Source: Candidatus Parcubacteria bacterium (GTDB taxonomy: Bacteria > Patescibacteriota > Minisyncoccia > Phycocordibacterales > CAIZLB01). Taken from it: a DNA stretch of 64,000 nucleotides. The notes beneath the pieces are model-generated. The model saw only the letters and a list, made by a program, of their open reading frames with translations, had not been told where the DNA came from and did no database searches. This document shows, one piece after another, positions 30,101 through 39,880 of this stretch. The stretch spans positions 89,905 to 153,904 of the forward strand of contig JBDKLC010000005.1 in assembly GCA_039795775.1 (NCBI GenBank). Reading direction: 5' to 3'. Every line of letters starts with the position of its first letter. Position 1 is the stretch's first letter. Made by a program: the position numbers and the translations under genes.

Positions 30101-30891
30101 TCACTGCCGGTCTTCCTCGAGTAGAAGAAGTATTCGACAACCGACGACCAAAGAATCCAGCAATCGTTGCATCTCACGATGGTATGATCATGGATATCAA
30201 GGAAGTAGGAAAAGAACGAGTAATCAAACTTCTTCCAGATGTGCCTCTAAAGAACAACAAGAAGGGAAGTGAAATTGAATATACCGCTCACTATGCCCGA
30301 ATGCCTCTTGTAAAAATTGGTCAGCACGTTTCAAAGGGTGACCTTCTCACAGACGGTTCTGCCGATGTAGATGAACTCTTCGAATATTCAGGTAAAGATC
30401 GATCACAGGAATACATTATTTCTGAAGTGAAGAAACTTTACGAACTTCAGGGAGAAAACGTTTCTCGAAAACACATTGAAGTTGTAGTACGAGAAATGTT
30501 CAGTCGAGTGAAGATCAAGGAAGTTGGAGATTCACAGTTCTCAGTAAACGACGTTGTAGAACGATTTGAATTCGATCAGATCAACGCCGAAATCCGAGAA
30601 CGAGGTGGACTCGAAGCGAAGGCAGAAGCAGTAGTCATGGGTATCGCGGAAGCGTCACTCAACCGACGAAGTTTCCTTTCAGCAGCTTCATTCCAGCACA
30701 CTCACCGAATGCTCATTGGTGCATCTCTCCGAGCAAACAAAGACCCTCTCTACGGTATTATGGAAAACGTAATGATTGGTCGCCTCATCCCAGCAGGTAC
30801 AGGATTCAAGGGAAGTAAAAAGCAATTGATGATCGAAGAACTTCGAAAAGAAATTCCTCTCGAATCAGAAGATACTCCTACAGACCGATAA
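27196..30891 (+). CDS. rpoC: DNA-directed RNA polymerase beta' subunit
   Basis: Zinc finger CYCGKY...CERC, NADFDGD catalytic motif, GEPGTQLTMRTFH; ATG at 27196. Confidence 0.98.
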   Translation: MKTNLNVKGKHSTIDDFDAVVLKIASPEKIREWSFGEVRKPETMNYRTQRSEKDGLFDEKIFGPEKDYECYCGKYKGIRYKGIVCERCGVELTRAIVRRERMGHIELSVPVAHIWYLRTLPSRIAQILGMSAADVERVIYFAGYLITTVNEGEREKLLKELDSEYKNKVKSLQDEKTREAISELLLSAKREIESIQIGRVLDEVEYHKFSLKYGTCFEAGIGAEAVFNIFKNLDTAKLLETLQGDVGKVNAADREKLFRRISLIKSMNGANIRPEWMFITALPVIPAALRPMVALEGGRHATSDVNDLYRRVINRNNRLKKLKEIHAPDVILRNEKRILQEAVDALIDNSIRHGSTVYAGLNQAQRRALKSLADNLKGKRGLFRQNLLGKRVDYSGRSVIVVGPDLKLNQCGLPKHMALELFRPFVISELLKRELAFNIRGASRLIDDGAAEVWAILEQVIQHKYVLLNRAPTLHRLSIQAFKPILIEGNAIQIHPLVCSPFNADFDGDTMAVHVPLSEEAQKEAAEIMSSDKNILKPGTGELTVANKMLDIVLGAYWMTKTEKGEKGEGKIFASPDEAIRAQNFDQISFRAAIKVLAPETPKYGELGGTVFETTVGRILFNNVLPENYAFINKEINKAGMNAIIDDIITHHGLENAPKLIDDLKKFGFNYVTQSGVTWSIDDAKIPEKKQEVVGAASKRAADVMAQYNEGLLSEEEKTRKIIEIWQSTRGEVEKLIGAELKSGPVHDMVLSGARGSLGNLTQMVGMKGLITNTQGETIDFPILSSFKEGLTPIEYFITTHGARKGMTDTALNTARAGYLTRRLFVVAQSVMITEEDCGTTKGIPIQKIGASGIETSYVKSVTGRVLAKDVVNAAGEVLFKKNHLVIKDDAAKIEKSNVQEVWVRSPLTCETAIGICTQCYGYDLGRNKLVEVGEAVGTIAAQAIGEPGTQLTMRTFHAGGVATVGGDITAGLPRVEEVFDNRRPKNPAIVASHDGMIMDIKEVGKERVIKLLPDVPLKNNKKGSEIEYTAHYARMPLVKIGQHVSKGDLLTDGSADVDELFEYSGKDRSQEYIISEVKKLYELQGENVSRKHIEVVVREMFSRVKIKEVGDSQFSVNDVVERFEFDQINAEIRERGGLEAKAEAVVMGIAEASLNRRSFLSAASFQHTHRMLIGASLRANKDPLYGIMENVMIGRLIPAGTGFKGSKKQLMIEELRKEIPLESEDTPTDR

Positions 30892-30909
30892 AGTTTAACA
30901 ACACCCCAC

Positions 30910-30936
30910 AGAGCCGCACCTACAAGTGCGGTTCTT
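30910..30936 (+). terminator. Hairpin/terminator after rpoC
   Basis: AGAGCCGCAC-ctacaa-GTGCGGTTCT. Confidence 0.6.
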
Positions 30937-30955
30937 GGTATAATTGATTCACCAT

Positions 30956-32773
30956 ATGTCATCTGCGACAGAATTGATTAAGGAAAAATTAAATATTGCT
31001 GATGTTATTGGCTCATATATTAAGGTTGAAAAATCTGGAGCCAACTACAAAGCTCGATGTCCTTTTCACAATGAAAAGACACCTTCGTTCTTTATTTCAC
31101 CAGGACGTGGCAATTACTATTGCTTCGGTTGCGGTGTAAAAGGAGATATCTTCACATTCGTACAAGAATTTGAAAAAGTTGATTTCATCGGTGCACTCAA
31201 ACTTCTCGCTGAGCGAGCGGGTGTTCCTTTGGAGCAATTCAAATCTGAAAACAAAGGCCAATTCGATCATCTTCGAACAGTACTCGAAAAAGCTACAAAC
31301 TTTTTCCAGGCAAATCTCAAACAAAACAAAGAGGCTCTCGCGTACCTCAAAGGGCGAGGTCTCACGGATGAAACAATAGACTCGTGGAGAATTGGATATG
31401 CACTTCCAGAATGGCGTACATTGCACGATGACTTACTTCGACAAGGCGTAAGTGTGTCAGACATGGAAGCAGTAGGTCTCGTAAAAAGATCAGATCCATC
31501 AAATGACAAACAGACCGTATACGATCGGTTCCGAAGTCGAATCATTTTCCCACTCTTCGACACAACAGGAAGAGTAATTGGATATTCAGGACGAATATTT
31601 GGTGAAGAGGCAACAAAGAAAAATGATCAAGGCGAAAGTGTTGCTCCAAAATATCTCAACAGTCCTGATACACCGCTCTTCAACAAATCTGAAATTCTCT
31701 ATGGATTCAACAAAGCAAAAGAAGGAATGCGACAGTGGGGGTATGCGGTGCTTGTTGAAGGACAAATGGATTTGCTCATGTGCCATCAGTCTGGTTTCAA
31801 CAATGCTGTCGCAACATCAGGTACATCTCTGACGGATCAGCATCTTGATAAAATCAAGAAAATGAGTAATAATCTGATGATCGTCTACGACGCAGACAAG
31901 GCAGGTCTCAAGGCCACATTACGAGCCTGGACCGCCGCGTTGTCACTAGGAATGGACGTGAAAATAGCCGGCTTGCCGGTAGGGGAAGACCCCGCATCCA
32001 TCCTCCTTTCAAACAAGGAGCAATTCAAAGAAGCTTTGAAACATTCAAAGCACATCATCGATTATTATCTCGATATACTTCTCAGAGAAAAGCTTCCAGA
32101 ACGAAAACTCTGGCAAGCTGTAGAAACTGAAGTGCTTCCATATGCAGCAGCGATAGAAAGTGCCATTGATAAATCGCATTTCATCACTCGAATAAGTCTG
32201 CGCACTGGTATTCCAGAAGATGCACTTCGGGAACAACTTAAAAAGCATGCGACTGACGCAACACCACAACGGTCCACAGCGTCTCCGCATGCAGCTCCTT
32301 CCACTTCTCACCAAACATTCGGACCTGAAAAACAGCCCGAATCAGTACAAGACAAAGTCACAGAACGGCTTGTTGGTTTTATTTTGCTCGAAAAAAGTAA
32401 ACAAAAAGATTCAAGTAAAGATGACAGTGTCGAAGATCCTCGTATCACCAACATGCTTGCGAGAATTAAGACTATTGTCGGCGATGTGAGATTTGGCCAG
32501 ATAGAAGAGCTCATCGCCAGAGCACCGCAAGGCATCCTCTTTGAAGCAGAGATGATGTTTGCTGGTAGTACAAAAATAGAAAAAAATATAGACGACCTAT
32601 TGTTCTCTCTCGAAGAAAACATACTCAAAGAAAAATTTGCCGTCAGCATGAAAGAGCTTCAACAAGCTGAACGGCTCGGGGACAAAGAAAAGCAACAAAT
32701 GCTCATCCTCAAATGCCAAGATCTTTCGTTGCAGATATCTGCACTCAACCACAAAAGAAAGCAGACCCAGTAG
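30956..32773 (+). CDS. dnaG: DNA primase
   Basis: CPFH.EKTPSF...CFGC zinc domain, PKYLNSP, VEGQMD, YDAD.AG TOPRIM motifs. Confidence 0.96.
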   Translation: MSSATELIKEKLNIADVIGSYIKVEKSGANYKARCPFHNEKTPSFFISPGRGNYYCFGCGVKGDIFTFVQEFEKVDFIGALKLLAERAGVPLEQFKSENKGQFDHLRTVLEKATNFFQANLKQNKEALAYLKGRGLTDETIDSWRIGYALPEWRTLHDDLLRQGVSVSDMEAVGLVKRSDPSNDKQTVYDRFRSRIIFPLFDTTGRVIGYSGRIFGEEATKKNDQGESVAPKYLNSPDTPLFNKSEILYGFNKAKEGMRQWGYAVLVEGQMDLLMCHQSGFNNAVATSGTSLTDQHLDKIKKMSNNLMIVYDADKAGLKATLRAWTAALSLGMDVKIAGLPVGEDPASILLSNKEQFKEALKHSKHIIDYYLDILLREKLPERKLWQAVETEVLPYAAAIESAIDKSHFITRISLRTGIPEDALREQLKKHATDATPQRSTASPHAAPSTSHQTFGPEKQPESVQDKVTERLVGFILLEKSKQKDSSKDDSVEDPRITNMLARIKTIVGDVRFGQIEELIARAPQGILFEAEMMFAGSTKIEKNIDDLLFSLEENILKEKFAVSMKELQQAERLGDKEKQQMLILKCQDLSLQISALNHKRKQTQ

Positions 32774-32827
32774 CAAGCATGCGCGTAAGATTACACAATT
32801 ATTTTAAATACAATTAATACCTCACCA

Positions 32828-34135
32828 ATGGCAAAGAAAGTCTCAACTAAATCTGATAAAAAGGATAAAAAGAAAGTAACAAAACCTGCTGCAAAGAAGG
32901 TAGCTAAACCTGTTGTAAAGAAAGCTCCAAAAGTGAAAGGACCAAAGTCTGCAACTTCAAAAGCTATGAAGCCTCAAAAAGCTGCTAAGCCACAGAAGGC
33001 ATCAAAGACAGCTGCGTTTGTAAAATCAGGCAAACCTGAAGCTAAGAAAAAAGGAAAAAAGTCTGAAGGAACATTCGAACAAAAAGCTGAATCACTTATG
33101 CAAAAAGGGAAGGATCGAGGATTCATTACATACGATGAAATTCTCAAAGAGTTCCCAATGATTGAATTGGAAATTAGCTTCCTCGATCAGCTCTACGAAA
33201 AGCTCGCCACAGCTGGTATCGACGTTCTCGAAGGTGGAGGTCTTCTTCAGATGAAGAACGAAGAAGAAGAAATGCTCAAGAAATATTCAATGAGTAAGAG
33301 TGATTCTGGTTACGACTCTATCCAGATGTATCTCAAAGAAATTGGTCAGTACCCACTCATTGGTGCTCACGAAGAAAAAGAACTCGCGAAGCGAATTCAG
33401 ATAGGTGATAACGAAGCTAAGAGTCTTCTCGCAAAAGCCAACCTTCGACTCGTAGTATCTATTGCAAAGAAATACGCCAACCGATCTCCAGACCTTACAC
33501 TTCTCGACCTCATCCAAGAAGGTAACCTCGGTCTCTTCAAGGCCGTAGATAAATTCGATTGGTCAAAAGGATTCAAATTCTCTACATACGCTACATGGTG
33601 GATTCGACAGTCTATCACTCGAGCACTCGCAGATCAGTCACGAACAATTCGAGTACCAGTACACATGGTAGAAACAATCGCCAAGTACAAGCAGGTGGTA
33701 CGACGACTCTCACAGGACCTCGGTCGAGAACCTCTTCCTGAAGAAATTGCGACAGAAATGGGTCTTGATGTAGAAAAAATTTATACAATCGAAAAGATCG
33801 ACCAGAACACTGTGTCACTCGACACACCAGTAGGTGAAGACGATGACAAATCTACATACGGAGACTTCATCGCTGATGATCGAATCCTTTCTCCAGATCA
33901 AGAATCATCACGACGAATTCTCGCTGATCAGGTTCGAGAAATTCTCGGTGACCTTTCAGAAAAAGAACGAGAAATTCTCGCTCTCCGACACGGTCTTACT
34001 GATGGTATCCAACACACATTGGAAGAAGTAGGAAAGATGTTCGGCGTGACTCGAGAACGAATCCGACAGATTGAAGCAAAAGCACACGAAAAGATTCGAC
34101 AGCATGAAAAAGTAAATCGTCTCAAAAACTATTAA
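32828..34135 (+). CDS. rpoD: Primary sigma factor RpoD with Lys-rich N-terminal extension
   Basis: [43 protein letters not shown]. Confidence 0.96.
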   Translation: MAKKVSTKSDKKDKKKVTKPAAKKVAKPVVKKAPKVKGPKSATSKAMKPQKAAKPQKASKTAAFVKSGKPEAKKKGKKSEGTFEQKAESLMQKGKDRGFITYDEILKEFPMIELEISFLDQLYEKLATAGIDVLEGGGLLQMKNEEEEMLKKYSMSKSDSGYDSIQMYLKEIGQYPLIGAHEEKELAKRIQIGDNEAKSLLAKANLRLVVSIAKKYANRSPDLTLLDLIQEGNLGLFKAVDKFDWSKGFKFSTYATWWIRQSITRALADQSRTIRVPVHMVETIAKYKQVVRRLSQDLGREPLPEEIATEMGLDVEKIYTIEKIDQNTVSLDTPVGEDDDKSTYGDFIADDRILSPDQESSRRILADQVREILGDLSEKEREILALRHGLTDGIQHTLEEVGKMFGVTRERIRQIEAKAHEKIRQHEKVNRLKNY

Positions 34136-34217
34136 AACCATTAATTTTTTCTCAAGAATTTCTTAAGAAAAAATAAAGAGAAATATAAAACAAAAGTGAA
34201 AAGAATATAAAAAGTTC

Positions 34218-34255
34218 ACCCCCGGCCATCTTGCGATGTGCCGGGGGCTTTTGTT
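34218..34255. terminator. Terminator between rpoD and the convergent orphan gene
   Basis: CCCCCGGC-catcttgcgatgt-GCCGGGGG followed by CTTTTGTT. Confidence 0.75.
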
Positions 34256-34309
34256 GTTTTGGGCAGATGCCCGTGTTGTTTTGAACTTAGAACTTAGAAC
34301 TCCGTAGGA

Positions 34310-35092
34310 TCAGATGACCCAATCAACGCCCACAGGGTAGCGGTCGTCGGTGAATTGAGGCTCGAGGCCCAGCTCTTGCCAGTCTTCGTCGCGGATGATG
34401 GCCATGCGATAGATGTCATTTTGTGACACGTTCCCGGAAATACTGAAGTGGTAGGAAAGCGCATTCAGATTCGCGAGAACGTTACGATCGTGACTCAAAC
34501 CTGCGTTACGTAGTGTTTGGTTGTCACCGTATGCATTGGAGCGGAGTTTGATTTTTCCTGCCCGGCGTCGAAGCTGTTGAAGCAGCGGAGCAGACAAGAG
34601 CATTAGCCGGTCTGCAATGCGCTCTTTATCTAGCAGCTGCGCAAGGTCACTCTCAGTCATACAAGCAAGGATTTCGTTTACAAGGAGACTTCGTTCGAAG
34701 CTGTATTTCTTGTAATCAGTGCCAATGATGGATTTCCAGATCTTTGAGAACGCCGTTTTGAAGGTCTCTGTATCTGGGCAGTCCAACGTTTTCAGGTGTC
34801 GCATAAATACGACCCCTCCGATGGCTGATACGACTACAGCAAGAGTATTCCAGCTAAGGAACACTGGCTGTTTCCACAACGCATAGGCGAAGTAGAGCGT
34901 AACGATAAGCAATGTAATCCACAAGATGACCCTGCGGACAAAGTATCGAACCTCATCCTTTTCGTGTTCTTTTAACACAGGGTAGGCCCACCGTTGAGGT
35001 GGATTGTGACCAAGAGATAAGGATCTTCCTGCATCAAGTGTTTTTTCGAGTTCTGTTCTTAGTTGTTTAGGTGCGTTTTGCACGTTTGTCAT
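34310..35092 (-). CDS. Hypothetical membrane protein (2 TM helices)
   Basis: 260-aa ATG ORF with upstream TTGACT..TATAAT (35239-35212) and a hairpin leader. Confidence 0.7.
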   Translation of the reverse strand: MTNVQNAPKQLRTELEKTLDAGRSLSLGHNPPQRWAYPVLKEHEKDEVRYFVRRVILWITLLIVTLYFAYALWKQPVFLSWNTLAVVVSAIGGVVFMRHLKTLDCPDTETFKTAFSKIWKSIIGTDYKKYSFERSLLVNEILACMTESDLAQLLDKERIADRLMLLSAPLLQQLRRRAGKIKLRSNAYGDNQTLRNAGLSHDRNVLANLNALSYHFSISGNVSQNDIYRMAIIRDEDWQELGLEPQFTDDRYPVGVDWVI

Positions 35093-35292
35093 TGTATTTG
35101 TTCTTGTCTGCCAAAGGCATTCGCGAAAAGGTCGTCAGACCATACAAGGCAACCGGCAGGCTGCCTCATATACGTTTTCGTATAGGATAGGTGGCAGCCA
35201 TTCCATATATAATTATATCACAAATAGTCTATAAGTCAAGCTCTACGGTTTCTATAAAATGGCTTAGCTTAACTAAAAATATGTAAAATGAA

Positions 35293-35332
35293 ACACCCCG
35301 GGGGACCTTGTGAAAAGGCCACTCGGGGTGTG
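35293..35332 (-). terminator. Intrinsic terminator of the upstream orphan gene
   Basis: ACACCCCG...CGGGGTGT stem with TTTCATTTT on the minus strand. Confidence 0.7.
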
Positions 35333-35360
35333 GATCATGTGTGTTCGCCTACGGGATTTC

Positions 35361-35891
35361 TCAGGTTGTTGCAGTTGCCGGTGCAGAATTAGTAATCGGC
35401 ACGACAACATTGCCTGTCTGGAAATACGGGTAGAGAACAATTGTCAGTTCTGAGTTACCGGCCGGTGTGTCGGAGTTGAATACAGACTCTTCCGAGAGCC
35501 TTACCCACTGGAATGGTGGACCTCTATGATCCAACAGTGGTTTTGCTTGTTCTCGTGTGAATGTCACTGGGCATATGGACCCTCGAAGTTCCATAAGAAC
35601 AATAACCTCTGTCCTGGTAGTCATGTGGGTGCCGTAGGGATATACCTCGTTTGGTTCAATGTCTTCTCCCGTAAGGTGACAGACCCTTCCGATTTCGACT
35701 CCTTCCCATTTGATCAGGAGCCAGGCAGCGAAGCCCAGCAGCAAGATGACGCCAAGGGCGAAGAGATGGAAGTTTCGTCGCTGAAAAATTTTCAGAACGC
35801 TTGTTTTGTCTTCAATCCACATCCCGACTGTAACAGCCAGAGTGAGAGCGAGTGCGTAGAGCACAAATGATATGATAGTTTTGATGGTCAC
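35361..35891 (-). CDS. Hypothetical membrane protein (2 TM helices)
   Basis: ORF in the track. GTG at 35891 is preferred over TTG 35924 because a promoter, hairpin and AC-rich leader lie upstream. Confidence 0.65.
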   Translation of the reverse strand: MTIKTIISFVLYALALTLAVTVGMWIEDKTSVLKIFQRRNFHLFALGVILLLGFAAWLLIKWEGVEIGRVCHLTGEDIEPNEVYPYGTHMTTRTEVIVLMELRGSICPVTFTREQAKPLLDHRGPPFQWVRLSEESVFNSDTPAGNSELTIVLYPYFQTGNVVVPITNSAPATATT

Positions 35892-36034
35892 GATGTTATG
35901 TTTGTGTGACCGCCTAAAGAACAATTCCGTCAGGAAGTGCTCCTGGCGGGTTGGCAGTATTATAACACAAATACGAAAATAGTAAACCCCAAAAACAGAA
36001 GCGCGTAAAAGGGGTTATACGCTATAATAAGCGC

Positions 36035-38980
36035 ATGAATACTGCTGAGGCCTTAACATTCCAGGAACGCTATAAAAAGCTCAATAAAGCCCAAAAACAG
36101 GCTGTAGATACGATTGAGGGACCTGTTCTTGTCGTAGCTGGCCCAGGAACTGGTAAGACAACTATTTTGACCCTCCGTATTGCCAATATTCTCCTTAAGA
36201 CAGACACACCACCATCTGGCATTTTAGCCATAACATTTACTGATGCTGGTGTAAAAGCAATGAAAGAAAAGCTCCGAGAAGTGATTGGTTCTCGAGCTGA
36301 TGAAGTACGCATTCATACATTCCATGGATTTGCCGCTGCCGTCATTGCTGAATTCAAAGATCATTTTGTGCATCTCCAAGATACACGACAAATGACTGAC
36401 ATCGATGCTGAAGCGTTGGTCCGAAGTATCCTCACGGGAGAAGATTTTGCACAATTGCGTCCGTTTGGTAATCCAGATTTTTATATTTATCCGCTCCTCA
36501 GTGGTATTCGAGATGCAAAGAAAGAAGCACTTTCACCGGAAGCGTTGCGACAATTTGCAAAAGATGAAATAGAACGAACAAAAAATGATGAGGAGTCTAT
36601 TTCTACACGAGGCGCCACAAAAGGCCAGCTTAAAGCTGATGCAAAAAAATATATCGAGAAATGTGAGAAGACATTGGTCTTTGCAGATGTGTATGAAGCA
36701 TATGAAGCTCAAAAGAAAGAAAGAAAATTGCTCGACTTTGATGATCTTATTTTTCAGCTGTTGCTCACATTAGGAAAAGATGAATTATTGCTGCGACTTC
36801 TTCAGGAAAAATTCTTATATATTTTGGTAGACGAACATCAAGATACAAACGACTCGCAGAACCTTATTGTCAAAGTGCTTGCAGATTTCTTTGAAAACCC
36901 AAACGTATTTATTGTGGGTGATGAAAAGCAAGCCATTTACCGATTCCAGGGTGCTTCAGTTGAGAACTTTTTGAGTTTTTCTAAACGTTGGAAAGGTATG
37001 ACGACAATTTCTCTTGAAGACAACTATCGGTCACACCAACATATTTTGGATGCAAGTTACAAGATGATTGAAAATAACTACAGCGAAGGCGAACACGAAC
37101 ATCTTCGTATCAAATTGTCATCTGGTGCATCACACAAAGAACGACCTATCGATGTAGTACAAGCCGCAGATGCAGAGACAGCAGAACAGTTTTTGGTAAA
37201 AGAGCTCAAGCGTATTGTGGCAGAAGAGCCTGAAAAAACAGTTTCAATTATTTCTAAAACAAATAGAGATGTAGAACGAGTGATTCGATTATGCCAATCA
37301 TATGGTGTACCTGTGTCTGCTGAGCGAAGCATCGATATTTTTTCTCATCCAGTAGGTATTGTGTTTTTCGCCCTCATTCAAGCCATTGTAGATCCGCTTG
37401 ATGGTGAAGCGTTAGGCAAGACTGTTATATCTGGTTTGTGGAATCTAAGCTTTCAACATACAGCACCATTTCTTAAACAACTTCGAAGTAAAGATATGAG
37501 TGCTGTCGATGAATTTGTGCCTAAGCTTTCACAGATTCGAAAAGAACTTCTCGGCGACAGTCCTATTTCATTTATCATGTACGCTGCAGACCAATCTGGA
37601 CTCACTGCACTTGTGGCTCGAGATCCCGCGTTTGTCGAAGTGTGGCGAGGTATTGTGAAGTTGTCAGAATCTATTTCACGACAAGAAGATATTCGAGATC
37701 CACGGTTGCTCATTGAAAAGTTGCTTGCGTACAAAACATCTGCAGAAACAAAAAGTGTGAAAGTAAAAATCGGCGTTCCAGAGGCTGGTGTAAAAGTGAT
37801 GACGGCTCATGGGTCAAAAGGATTGGAATTCGATTATGTGTTTATTCCATATGCCACAGAGGAATCGTGGTCGAGTCGTGCACAGCCCTCATATTTCGTT
37901 ATGCCATTTGAGCAACTATCAAAAGACGGTGATGATATCCGTGATGTTCGGCGACTCTTTTATGTAGCTCTTACACGAGCAAAGCAGCACGCAACTGTGC
38001 TCGTACCTATAGAAGATTCAGGTGGAGAGCTTCTCACACCTCTTCGTTTTGTTGATGAGCTTGATCAAAAGTCTGTTGAGCACATTCAGTTGGCAAAAGT
38101 AAAAAGTGAAGATGTGCTTGTAAAGACACACGTAGCATTTTCGAGTGAAGCACGTGATAAAGCTATTCATGAATTTGCTAAGCATATATTGCTTGAATCA
38201 GGATTATCTGTGACTGCGTTGAATCACTTTATTCAATGTCCAAGCAGTTTTGTATTCAAAAGTATTTTAAAAATTCCAGAAGCTCCTCATCCATCTGCCG
38301 AAAAAGGTATTGCTATGCACTTGGCATTCGATCGTATTTGGAAAGCAGAAGACAAGAGTTTGCAGAACATTCGTGCGATTTGTGAAAAGACAATCGTTGA
38401 GCATATCGACTCATCGTTGTTGTATAGCTATCAAAAAGAAGCTGTAAAGAAAGAGTTGCTCGAACAGGTACCAGACATGTGCGCCAGTTTGCTTGGACAT
38501 TTTGCTCAGAAGGGCGAAGTGTTTACTGAGGCCTGGACCAAAACTGACTTTGTTGGTGCATATGATGGTAAAGAGATTTCAATTCCAATTCATGGGAAGC
38601 TTGATGCTCTTATCGATGCGGTGACAGATGTGTATGTATACGACTACAAGACACGAGGAAAAATGAGTGTAAATCAGATCAAGGGTCTCACAAAAAGTTC
38701 AGATGGAAATTATTTCCGTCAGCTTGTGTTTTATAAGATGCTGCTCATGGATCAGTCAAAATATGCTGGCAAAAAGATTATTCCATCGCTTGTGTTTTTG
38801 ACACCAGATGAAAAGGGAAATTGTCATACTGAGACATTGCCTATTGAGGCTGAAGATATTGTGAAGGTGAAGACTGAGATACAGGCACTTATTCACGCTG
38901 TGTGGTCGGGTACATTGATTTCTGCCAATTGTGATGACACAAAGTGTGAGTGGTGCAATTTGAAGAAAGTCTTGGCATAG
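36035..38980 (+). CDS. UvrD/PcrA-type SF1 helicase fused to a PD-(D/E)XK nuclease (AdnAB/AddA-like)
   Basis: AGPGTGKT, LVDEHQD, VGDEKQAIYRFQGA, H.SKGLEF, YVALTRA; C-terminal GKLD...YDYKT...Q...Y with one plus three Cys (CPS; CDDTKCEWC). Confidence 0.92.
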   Translation: MNTAEALTFQERYKKLNKAQKQAVDTIEGPVLVVAGPGTGKTTILTLRIANILLKTDTPPSGILAITFTDAGVKAMKEKLREVIGSRADEVRIHTFHGFAAAVIAEFKDHFVHLQDTRQMTDIDAEALVRSILTGEDFAQLRPFGNPDFYIYPLLSGIRDAKKEALSPEALRQFAKDEIERTKNDEESISTRGATKGQLKADAKKYIEKCEKTLVFADVYEAYEAQKKERKLLDFDDLIFQLLLTLGKDELLLRLLQEKFLYILVDEHQDTNDSQNLIVKVLADFFENPNVFIVGDEKQAIYRFQGASVENFLSFSKRWKGMTTISLEDNYRSHQHILDASYKMIENNYSEGEHEHLRIKLSSGASHKERPIDVVQAADAETAEQFLVKELKRIVAEEPEKTVSIISKTNRDVERVIRLCQSYGVPVSAERSIDIFSHPVGIVFFALIQAIVDPLDGEALGKTVISGLWNLSFQHTAPFLKQLRSKDMSAVDEFVPKLSQIRKELLGDSPISFIMYAADQSGLTALVARDPAFVEVWRGIVKLSESISRQEDIRDPRLLIEKLLAYKTSAETKSVKVKIGVPEAGVKVMTAHGSKGLEFDYVFIPYATEESWSSRAQPSYFVMPFEQLSKDGDDIRDVRRLFYVALTRAKQHATVLVPIEDSGGELLTPLRFVDELDQKSVEHIQLAKVKSEDVLVKTHVAFSSEARDKAIHEFAKHILLESGLSVTALNHFIQCPSSFVFKSILKIPEAPHPSAEKGIAMHLAFDRIWKAEDKSLQNIRAICEKTIVEHIDSSLLYSYQKEAVKKELLEQVPDMCASLLGHFAQKGEVFTEAWTKTDFVGAYDGKEISIPIHGKLDALIDAVTDVYVYDYKTRGKMSVNQIKGLTKSSDGNYFRQLVFYKMLLMDQSKYAGKKIIPSLVFLTPDEKGNCHTETLPIEAEDIVKVKTEIQALIHAVWSGTLISANCDDTKCEWCNLKKVLA

Positions 38981-39032
38981 TATGTTTTGTGTACAAAGTA
39001 AAAAGTAGGAAACTTTCACACTTTTAGATATA

Positions 39033-39069
39033 AAGAAAAAACAGATCCTTTCGGCTCTGTTTTTTCTTA
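39033..39069. terminator. Bidirectional terminator
   Basis: AAGAAAAAACAGA-tcctttcggc-TCTGTTTTTTCTT. Confidence 0.75.
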
Positions 39070-39098
39070 TGCTTTCGCGATACCTGTTGAGTTTGAAA

Positions 39099-39800
39099 CT
39101 ACTTGAGGAATTGTTCTACAAGTGACTTAAGTGCTTCGTAAGGAATAGCTCCGAGACCCTGACCCTGTGCATCTACGATTGGGAAGGTCTGACCCTTAGC
39201 GAGTACAACTGTGTATGGTGTACCTCGTGCACCAGCCTTGAGACCCTCCTGGTATTGTTCTTCAATTTTTGTTGCAAACTTACCACTATCAAGACAAGTT
39301 TTAAATTTAGCCTGATCGAGACCTACAATTTTTGCTGTGTTGAGTAACTCAGCATCTTCGAGTCGGTTGTTTGATGGAGTAACTGAATAGATATGATCGA
39401 TATATTTCCAGAAAACTTCTTCACCTCCGAGTTCAGCAGCACACTCTGAAGCCTCAGCTTCTTTTCGTGCCTTTGGATGAATATCAAGTGGAAAGTGTCT
39501 GTATACCCAAGCTACATCTTTGCCATATGTTGTTACAATCTTTGAAAGACTTGCATGGAAACTTTTACAGAAAGGACATTCGAGATCTGAGTAGTCTATG
39601 ATGACAATTTTTGCATTCTTGTTGCCTCGGATGTGATCTGCAGCAGTCACTGGAGCAACTTCCGCTTTAAATGTATCTACTGATCCGATACCTGCTGGAG
39701 CTTTCGCTGGCTGTGTAGATGTTATGTAGATAGCGAAGGCGATGAGACCTCCTGCAATGATAATGGCGATGGGAACAATTAACTTATTCAGCTGATTCAT
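39099..39800 (-). CDS. DsbA-family thiol-disulfide oxidoreductase
   Basis: N-terminal TM helix, SDLECPFC, RHFPL, GTP cis-Pro loop. Confidence 0.92.
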   Translation of the reverse strand: MNQLNKLIVPIAIIIAGGLIAFAIYITSTQPAKAPAGIGSVDTFKAEVAPVTAADHIRGNKNAKIVIIDYSDLECPFCKSFHASLSKIVTTYGKDVAWVYRHFPLDIHPKARKEAEASECAAELGGEEVFWKYIDHIYSVTPSNNRLEDAELLNTAKIVGLDQAKFKTCLDSGKFATKIEEQYQEGLKAGARGTPYTVVLAKGQTFPIVDAQGQGLGAIPYEALKSLVEQFLK

Positions 39801-39880
39801 GTTTAATTAAATTACTTTGCAAAATTATATGCATGCATTATATCACGCATTTGTTTGAATAAAACCAGCGAAAACTGTAG

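Noticed and set aside
8691-30891. Inteins or introns in dnaE, rpoB, rpoC
   Set aside because: The lengths are normal or short, and there are no C/S...HN splice motifs or LAGLIDADG blocks.
34283-34301. GAACTTA x~3 microrepeat
   Set aside because: It is too short and isolated to support a function.
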